Part shown: one piece after another, positions 51,135 through 61,645 of the stretch
Layout of the letters: the number at the start of each line of letters is the position of its first letter
How positions within the stretch are numbered: the first letter of the stretch is position 1
NCBI RefSeq assembly: GCF_030684315.1
Contig: NC_081362.1
Location: forward strand, 96,393,187 to 96,457,186
Direction: 5' to 3'
DNA from: Stegostoma tigrinum
Taxonomy: Eukaryota
Length of the DNA stretch: 64,000 bases
The notes under the pieces: generated by a model
The model's database searches: none
What the model saw: the letters and a program-made list of their open reading frames with translations, nothing else
What the model was told of the DNA's origin: nothing
Made by a program: the position numbers and the translations under genes

Positions 51135-53830
51135 AATAAGAACATCAGAACTGGGAGTGGGAGTAGGCTGTCTGGCCCTTCAAGCCTGCTCCACCATTCA
51201 ATATGATCATGGCTGAGCTTTTCGTGAACTCAGATCCACTTACACGTGCTCTCACCGTATCCCTTAATCCCTTTATTGTTCAAAACAAATCTACTTGAGC
51301 TTTAAAAACGTTTGCTGAAGTTGCGTCAACTACTTCACTGGGCAAGGAATTCCATAGATTAACAATCCTCTGGGTGAAGAAGTTCCTTCTCAATTCAGTC
51401 CTAAATCTGCTCCCTCTAATCTTGACACTATGCCCTCTTGTACTTGCTTCACTTCCCAGTGGAAACATCCTCTTTAGTTCTATCTTATCTATTCCCTTTA
51501 TAAATTTATATTTTTCTATAAGATCCCCCCTCAATCTTCTGAATTCCAATGAATATAATCCCAATCTACTCAGTGTCTTTTCATAAGCCAACCCCCTCAA
51601 CTCCGGAATCAACCTAGTGAATCTCCTCTGCACCCCTTCCACTGCCTGTGCATCCTTTCTCAAATAAGGGGACCAAAACTGCACACAAGGTGTAGACATT
51701 GCAGCTACAGAACTGTTCTACTTAAAGTGAGCTTAAAGGTATGCTTCAAGTTTTGCTCCAGGTGTGGCCTCCCCAGCACCTTGTACAGCTGCAACATAAC
51801 CTCTCTGCTTTTAAACTCAATCCCTTTAACGATGAAGGACAAAATTTCTTTGCCTTCCTAATTACTTGTTGTACCTGCAGACCAACCTTCTGTGATTCAT
51901 GCACACCCATGTTCCTCTGCATCGCAGCATGCTGCAACTTTTTACCTTTCAAGTAATAATCCTTTTTACTATTACACCTCACAAAATGTATGACTTCATG
52001 ATTATTTACATTGTATTCCATCTGCCAGACCTTTGCCCACTCACTCAATGTATCTATGCTCCTCTGCAAAGTTTCACAGTCCTGTGCACAGTTTGCTCTG
52101 CCACTCATCTTAGAGTCATCTGCAAATTTTGACACCCTACATGTGGTCCCCAACTTCAAATCATTTATATAAATTGTAAATAATTGCAGCCCCAACACCA
52201 ATCCCTGAGGCACACCACTAGTCACTGATTGCCAGCCAGAATAGCACTCATTTATCCCCACTCTTTGCCTCCTGTTTGTCAACCAACCCTCTATCCATGC
52301 TAATACTTTACCCCTAATGCCATGCATCCTTATCTTATGCAACAGCCTATTGCGCAGCAACTTGTCGACGGCCTTTTGGAAATCTAGGTACACCACATCC
52401 ACTGGGTCCCCATTGTCCATGTTGCTCAACATGTCTTCATTGAATTCCAAAAGATTTGTCAAGCATGACCTGCCCTTCATGAACCCGTGCTGCATCTGCC
52501 CAACAGGAAAATTTCTGTTGAGATGGCTTGCTATTTTTTCCTTGATAACAGGCTCAAGCATCTTCCCCACTACAGAGGTTAAGCTAACCGATCTATAATT
52601 CTCTGATGAGGGGTCTTGGCCTGAAACGTCAGCTTTTGTGCTCTTGAGATGCTGCTTGGCCTGCTGTGTTCATCCAGCTTCACACTTTGTTATCTTGGAT
52701 TCTCCAGCATCTGCAGTTCCCATTATCATCGGTCTATAATTCCCCATCTTTTGGTCTACCTCCCTTTTTAAACAGTGGTGTCACATTTGCTCTTTTCCAA
52801 TCGGCTGGGATTGCCCCAGAGTCCAGCGAATTTTAGAAAATTATCGCCAGTGCATTTGCTATTTCTCCCGCCATCTCTTTTAGTACCCTGAGATGCATTA
52901 CATCAGGGCCAGGAGACTTATCAATCCTTAGCTCCATTAGCTTGGCCAACACTACCTCTTCCATCATAACGATTGTTTGCAGGTCCTCACCTACATTCAT
53001 CCCTTTGTCAATTACTGGCATGTTATTAGTGTCCTCCACTGTGAAGACTGATACAAAATACCTGTTCAGTGCCTCAGCCATTTCATCATATCCCATAACT
53101 AAATTCCCCTTCTCATCCTCTAAAGGGCCAATGTTTACCTTAGCCACGTTTTTTCATTTTATATATTTATAGAAATGCTTGCCATCTGTCTTTCAGTTCT
53201 GTGCTAGTTTTTTTGTTATGTTCTATCTGACTTTTCTTTACAGTGCTTTTTGTGGCTTTCGGTTGACCTTTAGAGTCTTTCCAATTGTCTCGTTTCATGC
53301 TGTTTTTGGCTGCTTTGTCTGCCTTGTCTTTCAGTTTGATAGCCTCCCTTATTCCCTGAGACACCCATGGCAGATTACCCTTTTTCTTACAGTCCTTCCT
53401 TTTCACTGGAATATACTTTTGCTGAGCACTTTGAAAAATTGCTTTGAAAGTCCTCCACTGCTCGTCAACTGTCCCACCATAAAATCTTTGTTTCTAGTCT
53501 AATTTAGCCAAGTCCTCCCTCATTCTATTGTAGTCCCCTTTGTTCAAGCACATGACCCTGGTATTGGATTTTATCTTCACAAATTCCATCTGTATTCTAA
53601 ATTCAACCATGCTGTGAGCACGCCTTCCAAGAGGATCCCTGACTATGATGGCATTAATTATTCCTGTCTCATTATACAGGACCAGATCTAGGATAGCTTG
53701 CTCCCTCGTTGGTGCCATTGCATACTGTTCAAGAAAACTATCATGGATCCACTCAAAAAACGCCTCCTCCAGGCTACCCTGACTGAGCTGTTTGGCCAAT
53801 CTACATGGAGATAAAAATCCCCCATGATAA
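51135..53830 (-). mobile_element. CR1-clade LINE ORF2 fragment with 3' tail, carrying two secondary insertions
   Basis: ORFs 51280-51699, 51746-52570 (YLDFQKAVDK, GVPQGLVLG, KFADDSK), 52833-53147 and 53494-53799; solo PLE repeat at 52602-52729 with TSD cg(a/g)tctataattc. Confidence 0.9.
51696..51738 (+). pseudogene. Displaced copy of the ITAM exon inside the CR1, with TAC>TAA
   Basis: 51693-51759 matches 50265-50331 with two substitutions; stop at 51723-51725; no pyrimidine tract. Confidence 0.88.
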
Positions 53831-55308
53831 AGCCTGTTTGTTATTTGATATACCGGTTGGACTATAACCTGGTACCATGTGACTTCTGACTTTTGGCTAA
53901 CTTTAGCGATTGGGTTACACAGAGCAGGATTATTTCCAGTAGGGTATCATGCTTCATGTGGTCTGATGCAAGATGGAGTCTGAGATTTTTCTACTCTCAG
54001 GTCACGGGCTGTGAAACAGTGCTGATATCATCGGCATGTAAAATCAAAGAATCATGTTGCAACTGTACCTGCACATCTCACTTCATCTGGCAGATCACTC
54101 CACATAAAAATCACCCTCTTTGTCACAAGGGTGTCCTTCACATCCCTATTAAATCTCTCTCCTCTCAATTTAAAATATGCCCAATAAGTTTGAATTCACC
54201 TTCCCTAGGGAAACGAGTTTTGCAATCCTCCTTATCTATCTCCTAATATTTTACACCACACTCAGATATTCCATTCCCCGACCCCGACCTTGACCTTCAC
54301 TGTTCCAAAGAAAACAACCCAACCCTACCCAGCCTCTCTTCGCAACTAAACTGTTCAATCCCAGACAATATCCTGGTGAGTCTCCTCTGCACCCCCTCCA
54401 GTGCAATCACATCTTTCCAATACTGTGGAACCAGAACTGTACACAGTATTCCAGCTGTGGCCTGACCCAAATTCCTGTTCAGTGGCCTGCTCTTCTAATC
54501 CGTGCCTCGACTGAGAAAGGCGTGTGCCCCATATGCCTTTACAGAGACCTTATTAATTTGTTGTTCTCTCTTCAGGGATTTATGGACAAGTCCTCCAAGA
54601 TCCTTCAGTCCCCCTGAGATTCCTCATGTCCTGCCATTCACTGAGTCCTCCATGTCTCATAAAGCTCCCCTAACCCACTGACTGTGAGACTGAACGCAAC
54701 AACCAATAAGATGGAATTAAAAACCCAGCCCGGTTGATGGTCATCAATAACCTTTCAGTTATTTAACGTATCTGTCAGGGAGGAAAACCTATTGGTTAAA
54801 CCTGGGCTGCTCCACATGTGACTCCAGACTCGCAGCAATGTGATAACCCCAAACAACCCTCTGAAATGGCATCAACAAGACAGTTAGTGTAATGGACAAA
54901 TAGCGATGGACAGTGAACAAATAAAACATAAACCTTCACTCAGTATGGCCCTGGAGCAGTAACCCTGTGTTTATTGTAACAATTCTGAGGATGTGGTTGT
55001 AGCTGTCTGGCATGGACGAGTTGCACTGAAGGGTTTATTACTGTGCTGTATGACTCTTTAGGGAATGGGAATGGGAATAATGGAAAATGCTCCCTTCATA
55101 ACCCCCAAGTGTTCAGACCAACTGCAGCCAGGACTGTCATTATGCCTGGGATGCACACGGTCACCACTGGCTCATGAAAAAGACTGAGACCTTTCAGACA
55201 GGAATGATTGAGTTACTTCCTGGAGAAAGACAGAATGCCTGAAATTATACTTTGTTGTTGCAATATAAGTTTCGGAACTAACTAATGTTTTTGATTTTGT
55301 TTGGGCAG

Positions 55309-55334
55309 GCTCTAAGCAAACTCCCAGAATCTAA
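55309..55334 (+). CDS. IgSF receptor putative last coding exon (GSKQTPRI*)
   Basis: actaac branch point, tttttgattttgtttgggcag| acceptor, phase 1, TAA at 55332-55334, AATAAA at 55660-55665. Confidence 0.65.
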
Positions 55335-55393
55335 CCTACAGAATTAATCATTCTGTGCAATGCCTAGTTCCTCAAATGTAAGGATTATCAGAT

Positions 55394-55500
55394 ACTGACT
55401 GCAGGGCACTCTTCCCAGAATGCTTCACTGTGATGCTGACTGCAGGACATCCTTCCCAGAATGCTAACCGTCATGCCGACTACAAGACAATCTTCCCCAC
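55394..55500 (+). repeat. Diverged ~41-bp tandem repeat, about 2.5 copies, in the putative 3' UTR
   Basis: ctgactgcagg.ca..cttcccagaatgct repeated. Confidence 0.75.
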
Positions 55501-55659
55501 CATGCATTCTCGTTGATATAGATTGTAAATAGTTGAGACTTCAGCAGTAAACCTGCAAGAATCTTTATGATTCTCGCCCTCTCTAAACTAATGTGACTCC
55601 AGAAGCACAGTTTAAAATAATTAGCTCATATCTCCACTCTGAGCACTTTGGTGTGGGCT

Positions 55660-55665
55660 AATAAA
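55660..55665 (+). terminator. Candidate polyadenylation signal
   Basis: First AATAAA about 325 nt after the predicted stop; lies in a SINE-tail remnant. Confidence 0.4.
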
Positions 55666-56502
55666 TGCTGCCTAGTGATACCCAATATCCATGAACAAAT
55701 GAAAGGAAACCTTCACTAAACACAGCCTAAAAATGAGCCATTTATGCGCGGTCTCTGTTTGCTGCTGTGAATCCATCCTCCATTCATGAAAGCATGATGC
55801 TCCCCATAAGACGAGCTATTATTGTACCCTGTGATCTTTTATGTGTTTTGGAAATAGAAAAGTAGACCCACTGGACCACACTACAGTGTGGGATACTTCC
55901 TCATCAGCTCTGCAATTGGACAGTGTTAGAGTCTGTGGGCACTGTCCTGTTTCTGTGTCTAACACCCAGTCCCTTGTTTGTGCTTTTAATTGAAAATGGC
56001 AATTGTATTTTTATTACTTGCCCATGTACAGACTGGATATAAATGCCCCTCTTTGCTGCATGAAGAATATTTTGGATTGACTTTATTTTAAACTGTCTAC
56101 AAGCACTGTGTGTAATTTATTTAACTGCAGTAGGCAGGTTTGATCAGACGAGCATCGACAATTTCAAGGACAGATTAAAAAAATACACAAGTCGAGGGGA
56201 AGGTCACTCACTGACCCTGAACAAGCCCCTCCTCTGATTGAACATGCTGCTCAAGGCTTTTTTGGTCAGGCTTTGGGGAAACAATGGCAGTGTCCCCTCA
56301 AATTATCATATTCACCACTTTTTAACTGAGCGTTTCTGGAATTTTCTGTCCACACGTTAACCCTTTGTAACATCCACTTATTTCAAATGTGCCTCTTTTC
56401 CGAGGTTTCACAACACCCTGCCACCGCGACGTATTTAAAGTTGGGTGAGATACTGTAAAAAAGTGTACATTCTGCCCATTCCCTTCCCTCCTAGCCACTC
56501 AC

Positions 56503-57866
56503 AAAGGATGGGTCGTGGTATGCTAGCTTTGGAAATCCACTGTGCCCATTTGCACATGCCCCCTGCTGACTGTTTCTCTCTTCTCACTCCTTCCCCAGCC
56601 TCTCACCACTACCGCTCCCCGGCCAGCTGGAATTCCAGTCCCAGAGATAGTACGAACTGCTGATGCTAGAGTCAGAGATAACACAGTGTGGAGCTGGAGG
56701 AACACACAGGCCAAGGACCATGAGGGAGTAGGAAAGTAGATGTTTCAGGTCAGGATCCTTCTTCAGAAATAGGGTTGAGGGAAAGAAGTTGGGAAATTAA
56801 TAGAGAGAGGAGGGATGGGGCTGGGGGAGGTACGAGGGATGGTGATAGGTAAGTGCAGGTAAGGAGTTGTGGGGTTGGTCAGTGATGTGGAGGGGTGGAT
56901 AGGTGGGAGAGAAGATGGACAGGTTGCTTCGGGTTAAGGACGCGTCCCCACTCCATCTACTTTCTGTCAGGACTGTGGTCTCCATGACTCGCTCGTCCAC
57001 TCCATATTCCCCATTAACCCCACCACCTTTCGCATCTATCCCTGCAACTGCAGGAAGTGCTACACCTTCCCCGACACCTCCCTCTTACCTCCATTCAAGG
57101 CAGCAAACAAACCCTGCACATCAGACAGAGGTTTACCTGCACATCCACTCATGTGGCCTATTGGATCCACTGCTCCCGGTGCGACCCCTTCAACATTGGT
57201 GAGTCCAATTGGAGGCTCAGAGACCACTTTATAGAGCAGCCGTGCTCTGTTCGTGACAAATGACAACACCTCCCAGTTGCAAACCATTTTAACTCCCACT
57301 CCCACTCCCTGAGTGACATGTCCCTCCTGGGCCTCCTGCATTGTCACAATGATGCCACCCAGTAACTGGAGAGCAGCACCTCATATTCCACATTGGGAAC
57401 CTACAGCCCAATGGCCCAGATGTGGACTTTAAAAGTTTCAAAATCTCAGCGGTCTCATCCCAAGACCAACCCTCTCTCTCATCCCTGTCTCCTTGACCTG
57501 TCTGCTTCTCTCCCACCTATCCGCTTCTCCCACCTCACTGACTAATCTCCACCACTTCCTACCTGCATCCATCTATCACCATCACACCTATCCTCACCAT
57601 CCGCACCCGTCCTCTCTCTGTTTATTTCTGAGCGCCCCCCGTCACCTATTTCTGAAGAAGGTTCCTGACCCAAAACATCAACTTTCCTGCTCCTATGATG
57701 CTGCCTGTCCTGCTGTGTTCCTCCAACTCCTCACTGTTTTCTGGGACTCCAATTGTAGTTTGACTGAAATGCTTAAGTTTTAGGTGAAACCTGTGTCCCA
57801 TGCTCTCCCTCCCTGAAGTGGGAAGCCAAATGATGAAGTGAAGAGAAGTGGGAATGAGGCAGTAAA
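56503..57866 (+). repeat. ~1.35 kb local duplication (second copy from 62691 to the window end) containing a rearranged Penelope fragment
   Basis: aaaggatgggtcgtggta... at 56503 and 62691; paired ORFs 56542/62730 and 57289/63422 are almost identical. Confidence 0.92.
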
Positions 57867-58364
57867 GTGCCGCAGACAGAAAGAACATGTTTAACCATCA
57901 AGCAATACAGTACAGTCCATTGTGCCAATACTAATTCCTTGATTCAGAAATAGAATAAACCCCATTGGTCAGTTTCTGAAACTCCCCCATTGGTGAAGGA
58001 AGAAACTGGAGTGAACCTTTACTCAGTGGTACATTTATTTGCAGAGTGAGACAATACAAGCGCAGACCTCCATACCCAATCCAGTCAGTTTAAATACTCT
58101 CTCTGCTTGTGAAACGGAATTTGAGGCCCTGCACCTACAAACCCTCTCCAAAACCTTCACATCCCTCTGGTAATGTGGAGACTAGAACTGTACACAACAT
58201 TCCAAATGTGGCTGAACTGAAGTCCTATCCAGCTGCAGCTCCATCCAACAGCTAGCTCTTCCCCATTCCCATCTCCCTTTATCCTGGACAGGGAAACACC
58301 ACACAAACCTGTTTCGATGAATTAAGATCCACCATGACACTCATACAGACACTTTAGAATGTGA

Positions 58365-59250
58365 GATGACAAGGTATAGAACAGGATGAACACGGCAGGC
58401 CAAGCAGCATCATAGGAGCAGGAAAACTGAAGTTTTGGGCCTAGGCCCTTCTTCAGGAATGGGGAAGAGGGAGGAGATTCTGAAATAAGTAGGGAGAGAG
58501 GGGGATGTGGATAGAAATGGATAGTGGAGAAGATAGTTGGAGAGGAGATAGTCCGGTCAAGAGGCAGGGATGGAGCAAGTAAAGGTGAGTGTAGGTGGGG
58601 GGGTAGGGAGGAGATAGGTCAGTCCAGGGAGGATGGACAGGTCAAGGGGGTGGGATGAGGTTACTAGGTAGGAGATGGGAGTGGGGCTTGAGGTGGGAGG
58701 AAGGGAAAGGTGGAAGGACAGGTTAGCGAGGCAGGGACGAGCTGGGTTGGTTTTGGGATGCGGTAGCGGGAAGGGAGATTTTGAAGCTTTTGAAATCCAC
58801 GTTGATACCATTGGGCTGCAGGGTTCCCAAACGGAATATGAGTTGCTATTCCTGCAACCTTCGGGTGGCATTGTTGTGGCACTGCAGGAGGCCCAGGATG
58901 GACATGTCGTCTGCAGAATGTGAGCGGGAGTTGAAATAGTTTTCAGCTGGGAAGTGCAGTTCTCTTCCCTAAATCACCACCGACACTCATCTTTACTGGC
59001 TCCATCCTCGGCTCTTTGACTGGTCTATCTCGTCTCCACCTATCTTCTCCTCTATCCATCTTCTATCCACCTCCCCTTCTCTCCCTATTTATTTCAAAAC
59101 CTCTTCCCCCTCCCCCATTTCTGAAGAAGGTTCTAGGCCCAAAACATCAGCTTTCCTGCTCGTACAATGCTGCTTGGCCTGCTGTGTTCATCCAACTCTA
59201 CACCTTGTTATCTCAGGTTCTAGAGCATCTGCAGTTCCGACTATCCCTGA
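58365..59250. mobile_element. Penelope 3' end with an inverted second copy
   Basis: Minus-strand GIY-YIG C-terminus (58790-58960) between oppositely oriented terminal repeats. Confidence 0.85.
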
Positions 59251-60008
59251 AACATTTCAGAATGTGTTTCTTTTTAAGGTACACTGGGTATCGTTCTGGT
59301 TTTGAGTGAAACCAACAAAGGCTTTCAGTTTCAATCTCTGTGCTATATTGCTCAAAGTGTCCTCAACTACAATATTAACAGTGGCTGTTTTCATTCCCCT
59401 AAATGATCTTTCATCATCCTGAATTCTCTTTAATTTCCTTTATTTATTCACTGACACATCGTGGAAGGTGCATGCTTGGGAGGACAGAGCCAGACTCATC
59501 AGTGTTGGGACTCAGGTTGAACTGTTTACCAGATCTCATCGCAGTCTGACTCAGAGTTTGCCAAATGAATGTTACTGTGTGGACCAATACAAGGGGCAGT
59601 CATGTAGGCTTTGGTGCACATTCCAGAAAGCTCCATTGACCTGCACCAATCCCTGTGAGGATTGACTCAAGAGATTTTGATGTTAAAACAGGACCATCAG
59701 CAACTCAGAATTGACTGACATTCTTGGTCAATGATACGTTTGCAGTGTGTGAAGAACATAAAGGGTTTTCAGGCAGTTTTCTGGTTGAAGTGAGCTGTTT
59801 CCCCATGCAGCTGATGAATTACTGATCTGCATTGAATGTTCACCATCAGCTCAGTGTCAGAGAGTCGTCCCTGAAAGTGGTTGTGGGGCTTAGTGCTGCA
59901 GAGCAGTTGTGGAGAGGGAACTGCAGCCACAGTCACGGCATCAAATCCTTCCTCTTGTGGTGAGCTGTCAAATCGTCTGTGGTTTCAGGCTCCAATTCCC
60001 CTCACCGT

Positions 60009-60093
60009 TCAATTGTACGCTTTGTCTGAGGCCACTGCCTGCAGTTTAACTTCCCCTTTCTTGCCACGTTTGTGTCGTTCTGGAGGGAAGTAC
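60009..60093 (-). CDS. Possible terminal coding exon of a convergent, unidentified gene (YFPPERHKRGKKGEVKLQAVASDKAYN*)
   Basis: Minus-strand acceptor ...cctgattccagcag|, stop at 60009-60011, minus-strand AATAAA at 59439-59444, possible upstream exon 60494-60540; no recognisable homology. Confidence 0.25.
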
Positions 60094-61405
60094 CTGCTGG
60101 AATCAGGTTTGATGTGAGGGTGAGGAACAGAGAGCAGAGAGCTCTGTGTTCCAGGTCTGGTCCCTGAGCCAGCAGCATCAAACCCCACTCCAGGCCTCAG
60201 CTACACAAGAGCACATCCCATCTATTTACACTCCCAAAGGCCAAGAATTTTCCAGGCCGTTGGCAACAGGATCAGAAGTGGGATAGTTCATAAAACAAGG
60301 CCAGGGCAGGGAAACCCTGGTCCTTGAACTTCCCAATCACCCAGCCTAGTCTAACATTCCTGAGCGTCACAGTGAAGCCAATGAGCTGCTTCATCAATGT
60401 GTATATTGACCCAATCCGGTGTACCTCTCTCTGTCGTTGACTGGATCCCTATGAGATCCCAAGTACTTGTCCCAGGAGATCTTGAGTTTTCACCAATCAG
60501 GTTCATGTTTTGTGTCCACGTTTCTGGACCATTGAAAGTTCTGGAAAAGCACTGTTGAAGAGGGAGCTAGTTGAGGATCTGAGAGGGAAAAGCCAGGGTG
60601 AGTGGAATATATTGTGAGGGTCTGAAATGGGATTGTCCTCCGCCCATTTAGACCAGCAGGATGCTCAGCCATTAAACCCACAGCGAGACATGACATGTGA
60701 CGAAAACATTGAGGACAGTGGCAGAGGGAAGGGAAATGGTGATGGGGTGATCATGGAGGGGTAAGAATCGAAAGATCAAAGATAGGGTAACAGGCTTAAG
60801 AGGGAAGAAAGAAGGAATGAACCATTCCTCCTCCTATATTTCTGTGCAGGAAAAATGAGAGAAACAATTCAGAAATGACTGGCAATATAAAACCAACCCA
60901 AAATGGATGACCAGGCAAGATTAAAGCATCAATGTAAACAGGAACAGAACTAATCACGCTGAAGGCAGGCAACGGGCAAGTGGAAATATTGTGTGACAAT
61001 GAGACTGGAGACCCAGGCAATGTTCCGGACGATGTTCTAGCTTTAATGTTCAAACTGTTAATCATGATTTTCCCCAACGATGAGTGTATCCAATTTAAGG
61101 CATAATTTACCCCATTCTGTTTAAGCTCAGCTCTGCCTGGGGCTATCCATTGACTCAGTGCTGGCTGTTAACTGGGAATTTCCAATAACCAGAAGCAACG
61201 CTGAGGAATGAAATGATGAGATTCCAAATCAGGATGGGTTGGGACTGAGAGGGAACTTGGAATTCAAGATGCTCCCGCAATAACCCCGATGTTTTTCTGC
61301 ATAGTGCTAGAGATAGCAGCAGAGGGCAGTGTGCTCCAAATGATCTCAGTGAGAGCCTGCACTGCCATCTGCACTTTACACCACCATGTTGAGCTTCTAC
61401 AGTGT

Positions 61406-61645
61406 CTGAGTGCCCAGTAATCTCAGGGTCTGGGTGGGCCTGAGTGCCTAGTAATCTCAGGGTCTGGGTGGGTCTGAGTGCCCAGTAATCTCAGGGTCTG
61501 GGTGGGTCTGAGTGCCCAGTAATCTCAGGGTCTGGGTGGGCCTCAGTACCCAGTAATCTCAGGGCCTGGGAGGCTCTGAGTACCCAGTAATCTCAGGGCC
61601 TGGGAGGGTCTGAGTGCCCAGTAATCTCAGGGTCTGGGAGTGTCT
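61406..61645 (+). repeat. 34-bp minisatellite, about 7 copies
   Basis: Unit ctgagtgcccagtaatctcagggtctgggtggg(c/t), starting at 61406, 61440, 61474, 61508, 61542, 61576 and 61610. Confidence 0.95.

Noticed and set aside
61406-61645. CRISPR-like 34-bp periodicity
   Set aside because: Head-to-tail repeats without unique spacers, in a eukaryotic context with no cas genes
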